From positions 2,401 to 66,400 of the forward strand of contig CAWHDI010000043.1 in NCBI GenBank assembly GCA_963827985.1: a stretch of 64,000 nt of DNA, written 5' to 3'. Every line of letters begins with the position of its first letter. Within the stretch, counting starts at the first letter, position 1. This document shows positions 9,573-20,362 of this stretch, in pieces. The notes under the pieces were generated by a model. That model saw nothing but the letters and a program-made list of their open reading frames with translations. It did not search any database and was not told the DNA's origin. Source of the stretch: an uncultured Chloroflexia bacterium. GTDB taxonomy: Bacteria > Chloroflexota > Dehalococcoidia > GIF9 > UBA5629. The position numbers and the translations under genes were made by a program.

Positions 9573-10535
9573 AATCTTGATTTAGCAAGCGCCAGTTCAA
9601 TCGCCGACACGACCTCAGCGATGTCCTTGTTGACTACAATCACAGGTACCTTCTTGTCCTCGGCTTTGACCATCACGGGCATGGAGGGCTTCTGTTTTGT
9701 AACAATCAGGCACCTGGTGGAGGTATCCAGCGCTGCAAGCTGCATATCGGGCCTCTCAGACCTTGTCACGACTGCCTTATTGCGCTTCCTGTTGTAGTAC
9801 TCCCTGGCCGAATCCGGGGTCATGGCGCCCAGCATAACATTTTCTACAAGGTCACCGGATTTTTCTTTGGAAGAGATTATCTCAGCCCCCAGGGCAGCAG
9901 CGATTTCTGCAACGCTGACTCCAAGAAGGGGCCTCGATTCAGGCAATACGCCCAGAACGGCCACCCCACGCGATTTAAAATAAGTTTCGCATTCCGCCTT
10001 CACTGTGCTCAATTTGCTTTCTGGAACCTGGTTAACAACTATGCCTGCCAGCCGCGCACCCAATTTTGTAATGACCTGGTCAATCTCGGCATCCTTGTAA
10101 ATCGGTCGAATAGCAGATCAAGAGGACTACATGCGTATTCACTTTCTCGGCTATTGTGTAGCAGGCCAGAGTGGAGACCTTATCATTCTTCAGGCTACCC
10201 GGGCTTTCAACAATGAGGATATCTTTGCCGGCTGCAACCCGGTCACAGGCGGACTTAATCTTGTCGGCAAAGTTGTCGGCGTCTTCAGAAAGGCTATGCC
10301 ATAATTTCTCCTGGGAGATGTTGAATGCGCAACTCTGCTGCTTATCTTCGCCTAATTCAAGGGCTTCGTTGATAAAAACAGCGTCCGGACAGCCGTCCGC
10401 CGACGTAACTTCGGTCAGATTGACAGGTTTTATATACCCAACTTTCTTACCGCCATTAATCAACTTCTTCCCAATTCCGGCACAAAGGGCAGTCTTCCCA
10501 CAGGATTCGTATGATACAATTTGCAGAGTAGTCAT
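9425..10535 (-). CDS. Phosphotransacetylase-family (BioD-like AAA plus DRTGG domain) protein; frameshift near 10085
   Basis: N-terminal CGKTALCAG..VGYIKP and ILIVES are in ORF 10080-10535. GIVVNQV and DRTGG-like AVVTRSERPDMQLAAL are in ORF 9425-10063. Confidence 0.8.
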
Positions 10536-10575
10536 GGTCCCTCCTGAATTTTAGCCAGCAGGTATTATACCACTC

Positions 10576-10604
10576 TTTACTTCTCAGTTGCATCGGAATA
10601 TAAT
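10576..10604 (+). promoter_or_regulatory. Putative sigma70 promoter of greA-lysS-serS
   Basis: TTTACT (10576-10581), 17 nt, TATAAT (10599-10604). Confidence 0.6.
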
Positions 10605-10620
10605 GTCTTGAAAGTGCTAA

Positions 10621-10652
10621 AAAGCTGAGAGTTTTGCAACTCTCAGTTTTTT
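10621..10652 (+). terminator. Intrinsic terminator in the greA leader (possible attenuator)
   Basis: Stem GCTGAGAGTT / AACTCTCAGT with a TTGC loop, followed by a T-run, lying between the promoter and the greA ATG. Confidence 0.65.
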
Positions 10653-10679
10653 AATATTCGGAAGTTGGGAGGCGACCCC

Positions 10680-11147
10680 ATGACACAGAAAAGATACGAC
10701 ATCACCCAGGAAGGTCTCGAAAAATTAAAGGCTGAATATGAACAGCTTATTTCATTTCGCCGCAAAGAAGTGGCGGAAAAGATCAAGCGCGCCCGCGAGA
10801 TGGGGGGAACCGAGAACAACGCCGAGTATGAAGATGCCAAAAACGAGCAGGCTTTTATTGAAGGCCGTATAAGTTCACTTGAAAATATCATTCTTAATGC
10901 ACGCATTATTGAAGGGCCTCATCATCCGGGTGTTGTTGAGTTGGGCGATACAGTTTTGATACAGAACCAGGACGGAAAAATCGACCGTTACACTATCGTT
11001 GGCACAACTGAAGCAAACCCGGTCGATGGCAAGATTTCTTGTGAATCGCCCGTTGGCAAAGCACTGCTGGGCAGAAAGAAAGGCGCCAAGGTCGAGGTCC
11101 GGACACCTGCCGGCATAATGAAACTTCAGCTTATCGAAGTAAGTTGA
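10680..11147 (+). CDS. greA: Transcription elongation factor GreA
   Basis: [27 protein letters not shown] and [13 protein letters not shown]. Confidence 0.97.
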   Translation: MTQKRYDITQEGLEKLKAEYEQLISFRRKEVAEKIKRAREMGGTENNAEYEDAKNEQAFIEGRISSLENIILNARIIEGPHHPGVVELGDTVLIQNQDGKIDRYTIVGTTEANPVDGKISCESPVGKALLGRKKGAKVEVRTPAGIMKLQLIEVS

Positions 11148-11151
11148 GATC

Positions 11152-12658
11152 ATGGCCGGGCAGGAACGCATCGAACAACCGCGCCTGGAAAAACTGTCCA
11201 GAATTATCAGCCGCGGCATAAATCCTTATCCATATCAATTTCCCCGCACTCATACCTCCATTGAAGCCATAGAGCTATTCGAAAAATCCTCGGCCCAGGG
11301 ACCGGAGAGCACTCCAGAGGAGGTCAGCCTTGCAGGAAGAGTTACAGCAGCCCGGTTCATGGGCAAGGCTGCATTCTTCGATATACGTGACGGTTCAGGC
11401 AAAATACAGGCATTTTTCCGCCGCGATTCATTGGGGGACGAGAACTACGAGCTATTACACGACATTGACCTGGGTGATTTTATCGGTGTGAGGGGAGTAC
11501 TGTTCAAGACGCGGTCAGGCGAGATAACAGTCGAAGTCATAGATTACACCATACTCGCAAAGACCCTCATGCCACTGCCCGAAAAGTTCCACGGACTGGT
11601 GGACGTTGAAAAAAGGTACCGCCAGCGCTACCTCGACCTTATTGCCAATGAGGATATCAAAGACCTGTTCGTTAAACGCAGCAAAATAATCAGTACAATA
11701 CGAAGTTTTATGGATGGTCGTGGGTTTGTAGAGGTGGAAACTCCCGTGCTTCAACCCATGTACGGAGGCGCACTGGCAAGGCCTTTCATTACCCACCATC
11801 ATGCTCTGGACCAGGACCTCTATCCCAGGATAGCCCTTGAGCTCTATTTAAAGAGATTAATTATTGGCGGATTCGACAAAGTCTATGAAATCGGCAGAGT
11901 ATTCCGCAATGAGGGGATATCTACAAAGCATAACCCGGAATTCACTATGATGGAGAGCTACGAAGCGTATGCTGACTATCGCGACGTGATGAAAATGACC
12001 GAGGAACTTGTCAGCACCGCCGCCAGAGAAGTGCTGGGTACGACGTGAAATCCCCTACGCAGGAGAGATTATCAAGCTGGACCCACCCTGGAAACGGCTT
12101 CCCTTCAAGCAAGCACTGATGGATAAATGCGGAATCAATTTCACGGATTATCCTGACGCTGACAGCCTTAGAGTAAAAATGGGACAGATGGGCATGCAGG
12201 TTGACCCGCTTAAGGACCGCGGCCGTTTGATTGATGAATTGCTCTCAACTTACGTGGAACCCGACCTCAAACAGCCAACCTTTCTAATCGACTACCCTAT
12301 CGAGATGTCGCCGCTGGCCAAGAAACACAGGGATGATCCGACACTTGTAGAGCGCTTCGAGGCTTTTATCGGCACCATGGAGGTCGCAAACTCCTTCTCG
12401 GAGCTGAATGACCCCCGCGAGCAGCGCGAAAGGTTCATACAGCAAAGGCAAATGCACGCCGCTGAAGTAGAGCGTGCCATAGCCGCCGGAGAGCTCCCGG
12501 AGACTGAGATGATTGATGACGATTTCATCACGGCCATGGAACACGGCATGCCCCCCACGGGAGGTCTGGGGATCGGCATCGACCGTCTAATAATGTTGTT
12601 GACCGATAAGCAGTCCATCCGTGAAGTGATATTGTTCCCACAGCTCAAGACCCGGTAG
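11152..12658 (+). CDS. lysS: Lysine--tRNA ligase (class II); one apparent +1 indel near 12046
   Basis: OB-fold anticodon domain, [23 protein letters not shown] in the first frame. [29 protein letters not shown] in the second frame. Confidence 0.97.
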
Positions 12659-12671
12659 AATTAGGTGTGAA

Positions 12672-13934
12672 ATGATTGATATAAAACTGATCCGCGAAAA
12701 TCCCGATGTCGTTATCAAGGCAATGGAAAAACGCGGGGAAGCCCCCTCCCTGGTAGCCGAAGTAATTGAGCTGGATAACACATACCGCCAACTGCTGAAA
12801 GAAGCGGAGACGCTGCGCGCCAAACGCAACGACGTAAGCAAGCAAATAAGCAGGATGAAAGATAAGCCTGCAGAGTTGATAGCCGAGATGAGACAGGTAG
12901 GAGACCGGATAACGCAAATAGAGGCCGAATCCGGACAGGTCACAGCAAAGCTCGAAGACAAATTGTTGAGGTTACCAAATCTGCCCGCCCCCGATGTGCC
13001 GCTGGGAAAAGACTCCGAAGATAACGTGACGGTGCGGACATGGGGCAAACCGCGGGAATTTTCCTTCACCCCTGTCCCTCACTGGGAACTGGGAGAAAAG
13101 CTCGCCATAATTGACTTCCAACGCGGAGTAAAGCTATCCGGTACCAGGTTCTACGTATTACGCGGCGCGGGGGCCCTGCTCCAGCGGGCGTTAATCAGCT
13201 ATATGCTGGACCTGCATGTAAAGGAACACGGCTACCTGGAGATTTACCCGCCTTTCATGGTTAAACGAGAGGCCCTGGTTGGATCGAGCAACCTCCCCAA
13301 ATTCGCTGACAACCTTTATCACGACGCCGAGGAAGACTACTGGTTCATCCCCACCGCTGAAGTCCCGTTAACCAATCTGCACCGTGATGAAATCCTGGCT
13401 CCTGGCTCTCTGCCAATTTACTACGTGGCGCACACCTCATGCTTCAGGCGAGAGAAGATGGCGGCAGGCAAGGACAGCCGCGGCATAAAGAGGGGACACC
13501 AATTCGAAAAAGTTGAAATGTACAAATTCGTTGAGCCTGAAACCTCGGAAGATGAGCTTAATAAACTGGTGCACGACGCGGAAGATATATGCCAGAAACT
13601 CGGACTCCCTTATAGAGTGCTTCAATTGTGCACCGGCGATCTGGGATTCGCTGCCGTCAAGACGTTTGATATCGAAATGTGGGCGCCGGGATGCAAGGAA
13701 TGGCTTGAAGTCAGTTCATGCAGCAACTGCGGTGATTTTCAAGCGAGGCGGGCTAATATACGCTACCGCCCCGATTCTGAAGCTAAGCCCAGATTGCTCC
13801 ATACATTGAACGGCTCTGGCCTGGCCCTTCCCCGGGTCATGATCTCTATTATGGAAAACTATCAGCAGGAGGATGGCAGCATCCTCGTGCCTGATGCATT
13901 GAAACCCTACATGAACACCGGTGTCATTAAATGA
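12672..13934 (+). CDS. serS: Serine--tRNA ligase
   Basis: N-terminal coiled coil, IPTAEVPLTN, CFRREKMAAGKDSRGIKRGHQFEKVE, EVSSCSNC and HTLNGSGLA. Confidence 0.98.
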   Translation: MIDIKLIRENPDVVIKAMEKRGEAPSLVAEVIELDNTYRQLLKEAETLRAKRNDVSKQISRMKDKPAELIAEMRQVGDRITQIEAESGQVTAKLEDKLLRLPNLPAPDVPLGKDSEDNVTVRTWGKPREFSFTPVPHWELGEKLAIIDFQRGVKLSGTRFYVLRGAGALLQRALISYMLDLHVKEHGYLEIYPPFMVKREALVGSSNLPKFADNLYHDAEEDYWFIPTAEVPLTNLHRDEILAPGSLPIYYVAHTSCFRREKMAAGKDSRGIKRGHQFEKVEMYKFVEPETSEDELNKLVHDAEDICQKLGLPYRVLQLCTGDLGFAAVKTFDIEMWAPGCKEWLEVSSCSNCGDFQARRANIRYRPDSEAKPRLLHTLNGSGLALPRVMISIMENYQQEDGSILVPDALKPYMNTGVIK

Positions 13935-14101
13935 CCGGCAACGGCTGACATACTCGGGCAACAACCGGGCCAATGCGACCATCCTCGCGGCAGTCCACAT
14001 ACAAATTTGCGATTTTAACCGCCTGCATCTTGACATTGCTTTCAAATTCAATTTAACTATATATAATTAATTAAACGGAAACTTAGCAGCTTTTTATAAC
14101 T

Positions 14102-15706
14102 ATGACTGAAGGTCAATCACAGACGGGACCGAGATTCTGCCGACAATGCGGTGGGGTCGTCCCCGAGGGAACGGCCCTATGCCCAAGGTGCGGGCAGAAG
14201 TGGTACATGGACCGCACCGAACAACAGGGCGTGGACCTTTGGCAGAAGATAATTGAAAAGAGGGCCGCATCGGGTGTGGGAGGAGGTCCATCTGCAGAAG
14301 ACCAGGGTAAATACCGGTGTCCAAATTGCATGGCAATCTTGAAAGGTCCCGCCGCCGTCTGCCCTCACTGCGGCCAGAGCACAATCAAAGCGAAAATTGT
14401 ACCGACTGACCGTGATACGGAGAATGCAGAAGGACAAGCCGGGGAAGATAAGCTGAACCTCCCGGATGCCGCCAAAGGACTTGCATCAATTAAGGGCGCT
14501 ACCAAGCGGGCCGCCAAATTCAAAGGACGGAAGCGCGTCAGGATCCTGGACGCCATTATCATTGCGGTCATTGTCATCGTTGTAGCGGTAATGGGATTTA
14601 TATTGGCCCGTCAGTATGGGCTGCTGCCGTCTTCCCTGTCATTTTTATCGTCCGCCAAACCGTCAACTCAGCAGCAGGCGACAACTGCCGCCACACAGAC
14701 CACCCCAACAATTTCCGGAATAATGGCTTCGGACCTGACTTCAGACAGCGCAGCTATATCATGGTCGACTGACTCGCCTTCCTGGGGCAAGGTACTTTAC
14801 GGGAAATCCGACTCTTACGGCGAATCAGCTCTTGCCACACTACAAATGAGCTCACAAAAAGTCGTTTTAAAGGGCCTTGAGCCAACGACAACTTACCACT
14901 TCGCCATAGCTGTGACGGATGGAAAAGGCCAGGAGATATCCCGCAGCGAAGACAAGACTTTTAACACTCCCGCGGCTACTGACATAAAGCCGCCGATGTT
15001 ATCACAGTTAAAGGTTATTCCAACGGATGTCGGCGCGATTATACAATGGGTCACCGATGAACCGTCTACAAGCCAGATAATATACGGCTCCGATCAAACG
15101 GTCACAAATTCGACTCAGGTTGACTCACGGCTTGTAAAAGAGCATTCAGTGCATTTGAACGGGCTGGAAGCAAACAATCAGTATTATTATCGCTTAAAAT
15201 CTGCAGATGCAGCAGGCAATGAAACCGTGATGGATCCCGAAGGGGTTTTTACAACGCTAATAACTGTACCAATCGGTTCCAGAGTGGGCGAACGCGCAGC
15301 CGACTTCACTCTGCCAATTTTCCAGTCGCAGGACAGTGCGGTCCTGCGAAGCTACAAAGGTCAGAAGATTCTTCTGACTTTCTGGGCTGTCTATTGCCCC
15401 GACTGCGACCGCGAGCTGGCATTGCTACAGGCTCTCCAAAACAAGAACTTACCCAATGTGAAGATAATAGCCGTAATAGTTGAAAGTAAGCCTGAGGACA
15501 TAGAAAAGACCATCGCCAGGTATAAGGCGGCCAACGGCGACCTTACCTTCCCTGTGGCGGTAGATGCCTATAAGACAACAGCTCACCTGTATAATGTCGA
15601 AAAAGTGCCGTGCACCTTCTTCATAGACAGCGACATGATAATCCGTAATATCGAATTCGGCGGCTTTAACGCGGACCAGGTCGAGCAGATACTCAATGAT
15701 TTATAA
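14102..15706 (+). CDS. Zinc-ribbon x2 / TM / FN3 x2 / TlpA-like redoxin (CPDC) protein
   Basis: CRQC..CPRC and CPNC..CPHC ribbons. Basic stretch then TM (ILDAIIIAVIVIVVAVMGFILA). Two W-x-TD...Y-x-Y FN3-like repeats. AADFTLP..FWAVYCPDC..VPCTFFID thioredoxin fold. Confidence 0.85.
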   Translation: MTEGQSQTGPRFCRQCGGVVPEGTALCPRCGQKWYMDRTEQQGVDLWQKIIEKRAASGVGGGPSAEDQGKYRCPNCMAILKGPAAVCPHCGQSTIKAKIVPTDRDTENAEGQAGEDKLNLPDAAKGLASIKGATKRAAKFKGRKRVRILDAIIIAVIVIVVAVMGFILARQYGLLPSSLSFLSSAKPSTQQQATTAATQTTPTISGIMASDLTSDSAAISWSTDSPSWGKVLYGKSDSYGESALATLQMSSQKVVLKGLEPTTTYHFAIAVTDGKGQEISRSEDKTFNTPAATDIKPPMLSQLKVIPTDVGAIIQWVTDEPSTSQIIYGSDQTVTNSTQVDSRLVKEHSVHLNGLEANNQYYYRLKSADAAGNETVMDPEGVFTTLITVPIGSRVGERAADFTLPIFQSQDSAVLRSYKGQKILLTFWAVYCPDCDRELALLQALQNKNLPNVKIIAVIVESKPEDIEKTIARYKAANGDLTFPVAVDAYKTTAHLYNVEKVPCTFFIDSDMIIRNIEFGGFNADQVEQILNDL

Positions 15707-15726
15707 CCGGCAGGTTCAATAATCGC

Positions 15727-15755
15727 TTGACAGTAGATCGCTCCTCATGTAGTGT
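15727..15755 (+). promoter_or_regulatory. Putative internal sigma70 promoter
   Basis: TTGACA (15727-15732), 17 nt, TAGTGT (15750-15755). Confidence 0.6.
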
Positions 15756-15844
15756 AATATTGAAGATGCAAGTATGTAAATATAAAGTGAGTGGCAGCGG
15801 GCGAACAATGCGCACGCCTGATTGGCTTCAGGGGAGCAGTCTCA

Positions 15845-16483
15845 TTGGATAGTCAATTCAGGTGCGGTAAATGCGGTAAACCAATATCCTCCAAATATGC
15901 GAAGTGCCTTGACTGCGGGTCCTTGGGTCCTCATACTTTCACCGGTTCAGAAGGATCAGCCGTGGACGGTGGCCCGCCAGTTGCACATTCGCCAAAACGA
16001 AGGGATACGTATCCCGCAGAGCTCGTTGACAAACCACAGCCGCCTGTTAGCCGTCCACCTGAGCGGTACCAGGCTACCGAGCCGATGGACATTGCTGAGG
16101 ACGTGCCGCACCCACACGCAAGCCACGAGATAGACGACGATACAAGGTTCCCTGTGGGAATGCGACGCAGGAGCCCTATACTTGATTATGTTGACAACGT
16201 GGACGAATCCGAAGATAAGGAATCCAGGAGGCGCTCCAGCAGAGAAGACGACAGAGATTCTGAAGATGAATCCGACGAAGATGATCGCTACGTTTCATAC
16301 GATGAAGACCGGAGCGAAAAGCCGGCTCCCGAAAAGCCGGACAACACGCTGACCTTAATAATTAGCGTTATTCTAATTCTCCTGTTGGCCATTGCAGCCA
16401 TCTATGTAATTAATAATTACGACGCATTGACGAAATGGTTAGCGTCTCCGACGGTGCCTGAAATCTTCAAACCATCCGAATGA
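15845..16483 (+). CDS. Zinc-ribbon / acidic linker / C-terminal TM protein
   Basis: CGKC..CLDC ribbon, D/E/R-rich linker and TM LTLIISVILILLLAIAAIYVI. Likely TTG start at 15845 after AGGGGAG; the ORF track start is 15791. Confidence 0.75.
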   Translation: MDSQFRCGKCGKPISSKYAKCLDCGSLGPHTFTGSEGSAVDGGPPVAHSPKRRDTYPAELVDKPQPPVSRPPERYQATEPMDIAEDVPHPHASHEIDDDTRFPVGMRRRSPILDYVDNVDESEDKESRRRSSREDDRDSEDESDEDDRYVSYDEDRSEKPAPEKPDNTLTLIISVILILLLAIAAIYVINNYDALTKWLASPTVPEIFKPSE

Positions 16484-16518
16484 CTTTCATCCAATTGAAT
16501 TTAGAGGCTTAATCCGGT

Positions 16519-17881
16519 TTGAACGATCTGTTTAAATGCAAAAATTGTGGCGCACCCAGAAGCTATATCAATCAGTACTGCCCTATCTGTGAGTCCAGCG
16601 GTCCGCACATCCCTGCGGGCAGCAAGGCATCACGCTCACAGCCTGTAAAGCGCAAGGTGAATCCAGCTCCTTCACGGTGGGACGATTTCATGTCCGACGA
16701 AGAAACCGTGGTGAGCAAGCGCAAAGATACGCCCAAAAAAGAAAAAAAACGGGATTCTTTCAAACAACATGAGGAAAAGGATTCAACCGATGACGATAAG
16801 GAAATGCGGAGTTTATGGACCACCGGACGGTCTGCCAAACCGATCAGCAGAAAAACATGGAGGTCCATTGCGATAGCAGCAGTCGCTGTTCTTGCTTTAA
16901 TATTGATAGTTGTAAATCTGCAGGCTATAGCTCTGCAATTTCACAGTGCGGGCAAATGGATCACTGAGTTGATGACTTTTCACCCGCCTGCAGCAACCAC
17001 GGCAAATACCACAGGGAACAGTACGGGAACCGATAATAAAACCGCCCAGGTAAGCACTCAGGCACCGGTGACAAATCCGGCAAGCACAACTCCCATCGGG
17101 AAAAAGCCTGATGTGCCTAATTCTTCCAATCAAACGGGCGCTCAGACACCTGCAACCAATCCAACAGACACTACAAGGCCTGGGTGGGTAGAAAAACCCG
17201 TGGCACATACCGAGCGACACCTCGGCAACAATTGCATGGAAGACGGACGAAAAAGCAACTTCACTGGTAAAATACGGGACGGATACTTCATATCCATTCC
17301 CATCCACTGGGGACAGCGGCACCAGCCACAGCGTTTATATTACGGGGCTTACACCGGAGACCACTTATCATTACCAGGCAATCTCTTCGGATGAATCGGG
17401 AAATACCCTGACCTCCACAGATAACACGTTCACGACAAAACCTAAAACAAACGCAGCGCCTTATGCAGGATCCACTGCGCCTGATTTCACACTCCATGAT
17501 CTGGACGGCAATGAAGTCTCGCTAAGCCAGTACCGCGGGAAAAAAGTCATACTCAATTTCTGGGCGAGCTGGTGTACACCCTGCAAGATTGAGCTTCCAC
17601 ACTTACAGGCTACATGGGACAAGTACAAGGAAAGCGGCGAAGTGAAGCTGCTCACCGTAGCAGGCAGCCAGTCAGAGGAAGCTGCCATCAGGTCATATGT
17701 AAAAGACAACAACTATAATTTTACGGTCTGCCTGGATTCGGATGACAGCACCTTCAACAGATACGAGATTGTCAGCATCCCCAAAACATATTTCATAGAT
17801 AAGGGCGGGGTGATCCGCCGAGTTCAGCAGGGGATGTTCACTAGTCCCGGCGAAGTCGAGTTCATGCTTAACTCATATTGA
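16519..17881 (+). CDS. Zinc-ribbon / TM / T-P linker / FN3 / TlpA-like redoxin (WCTPC) protein; one indel near 17210
   Basis: CKNC..CPIC ribbon and TM SIAIAAVAVLALILIVV. After the frame change: SDTSATIAWKTDEK...GLTPETTYHY (FN3), then GSTAPDFTL..ILNFWASWCTPC..IPKTYFID..FMLNSY. Confidence 0.85.
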
Positions 17882-18025
17882 TCGCAGGCTGGCCTTTTGC
17901 CGGAAGAACACTGCCCTGATCCCTCATGAATTTGTGTGACCAACGCATTCCAAACTTGACATATAGGATATCTTGACTTACCTTTAATATAAAATTCCCA
18001 GGCCTGTTTAAATGGATAATAATTC

Positions 18026-20310
18026 ATGCCCAGTAGTATAACCTGTCAAAGATGTCAGTCCGTTAATGAGCCTTACGCCACGACCTGCCAAAAATGCGGT
18101 GCACGTTTCTGCCCCAATTGTAAGCTGGTAATAGACTCAGCCAGCGCAAGGGTCTGTCCTCATTGCGGCAAAACCGACCTGACATTCAAACCGGGCAAAT
18201 ACGCCGGCAGCACATATGTTGCTCAGGGCGTCTCAGGAGCGCCAGCCAGTCAGAACTATTGTTCCAACTGCGGCTCGAGAGTTGAGCCGGGCGTCAGGAA
18301 GTGCCCCTATTGCGGGCGGCTTGGGACCCTGGTAACCCAAACGCCACGGCAAGGATACGGCGTAATGAAGCCGGCACACGGCGAGCCGGATTATTCGTAT
18401 ACATCGCCGGAACCTGAACCTACTATAACGCAAAAAGTTTGCTCGAAATGCGGCACGCCCATTCCGCCGGGATCCAGCCTTTGCCCCATACACGGTAAAT
18501 TCGGTGGAGGTAGTCATCTTACTGAGAGCTCGGGACCGCTCATGCCCGGCAGGCATACCGGGGAACTGTGGAGAAAGATAGAAGAGAAAAGGGCCGCCAG
18601 TGCGGCGGCTGAACAAACGAGAGGAAGACCTCATAGAACTCCGCCGGAAGACCTGTACCCACAAATGGCATCCGGGCCATCTGCGCCGAGGGACATGGCA
18701 CCCCATGGCGCACCTGCTCAAATGGATGCGCCGGAATTGCGAACATGCCCGAACTGCGGCTCTTCCGTACCTGATCGCAGTAAAGTGTGTCCAAATTGCG
18801 GAAATAACCGACTGCCGGCGCAGAGAAGCCGGCCCATTGTAAAGGCGGAAGAATTTTACAGAAGCAGGGAGGGTTCGGCCCAGGAATACGCCGCTCAACC
18901 ATATCCCGCTCAAGCATATCCTGATCCTGCATATGCCACCTATATGCCTCCGGCGGACCCGTATTACGGGCAGCCGGCCATACAGCCGTATGAAGCAACT
19001 TACCCCGTGCCTGCGCCGGGCTTTATCGAGGAGATCAAGCCGGAGAAAAGAAGGAAGGAAAAGAAGCCCAAAGAAGTGGAACACCCCAGGGCCGACCGCG
19101 GACCCAAAAAGTCTCCCTGGCCAATGTTGTTTGCCCTGCTCGCACTGACCGGCGTAATCATCATTGCGGTGGTCTTAGTTATGGACATGTTGAAAACACC
19201 GCAGGCAGCTACAATGCCCAGCAATACCAACTCCAGCACGTGGTAGCGGAGCAAAGCCGCCGGTGATATCAAATATACAGCTCTCCAGATATCGATAAAA
19301 CAAGCGCCACGGTTTCATGGACGACTGACAAGAAATCCAGCAGCATCGTGGTATATTGCCTCGACGGCGGCACTCAATGTGAAAACGCCAAAGATGACAC
19401 GCTTGTAACAAATCATGTCGTGAAACTGACCAACCTGGAACAGGGGAAATCCTACCATATCACAGTCAAGTCCATAGTCAATGATGTCGACGCCAGCCTG
19501 GATGCCCTTACGTGCTGAGCTACCCTGGATGCAAAGTGGATACAACCCCTCCCAAAATCACCGATGTCAAAGTTAGTGAATATCGTCGGCACAGTACTTC
19601 AGCCACCGTTACCTGGAACACAGATGAACCGGCCACCAGCCAGGTCAGTCTACGGCACCACCGCGGCTACGGGACATATCAGCCCGAGCAAACTGACACC
19701 ACCCTGCTCAAGAGCCACTGATGTGACCCTGAACGGTTTGCCACCTGCCGACGACTTTCCATTACAAGGTGATTTCGCGCGACGCCGGCGGCAATGAAGC
19801 ATCATCTCCTGACGCAACGTTTCACTACTGCAGCCATGACTTCTTCATCGTCGGACCCCCTGGCTGCAATAGGTTGGCAATCCGGCGCCGGATTTCAGTT
19901 TACCATGTGTTGACGGAAGATCACGATGGACTTAAGTTCATACAAGGGAAAAAAGTCATAATAAACTTCTGGAACCTGGCCTGCCATTACTGCATGGAGG
20001 AAATGCCCGATTTTCAAAGCGATCAGGCAGAAAAACCCGGAGAGCAGCATCGCAATGCTAATGATCAATAGTGCAGTTGGCGGATTCACCGCTAGACAAC
20101 GGCAGCGTGGGTGACAGCCGGTTTCCAGCAAGGAACTACACATTTACCGTGCCGATGGACATGACCGGCAGCTGTTGCCCAGGCCTATAATGTAACAAAT
20201 GGCATACCGGTAACATTTTTCCTGGACGGCAACGGGATTGTTAAGAATACACAGGATGGACGTTCCAAAGCGCCAATGCCAATATCAGACCCATGCTGAA
20301 TTCCTATTGA
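18026..20310 (+). CDS. Zinc-ribbon x5 / TM / FN3 x2 / TlpA-like redoxin (CHYC) protein; C-terminal half broken by many indels
   Basis: Five CxxC..CxxC/H ribbons and TM MLFALLALTGVIIIAVVLV. Frame-hopping fragments SATVSWTTDKK..LTNLEQGKSYHI, DTTPPKITDV..TVTWNTDEPATSQV and GKKVIINFWNLACHYC, ending MLNSY like its paralog. Confidence 0.75.
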
Positions 20311-20362
20311 CGCTTGCCCTGCCCAACTGGATCCACCGGAAGCCGGACCATTTCCTAGCCTG

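Noticed and set aside
12035-12055. Programmed +1 frameshift in lysS at ACG TGA AAT (prfB-like)
   Set aside because: No slippery codon and no upstream internal Shine-Dalgarno. A single extra base fits the window-wide error pattern.
18233-19084. Long antisense ORFs (also 51938-53062, 31734-32531, 843-1409)
   Set aside because: Shadow frames of genes with clear family motifs on the opposite strand, with no motifs or RBS of their own.
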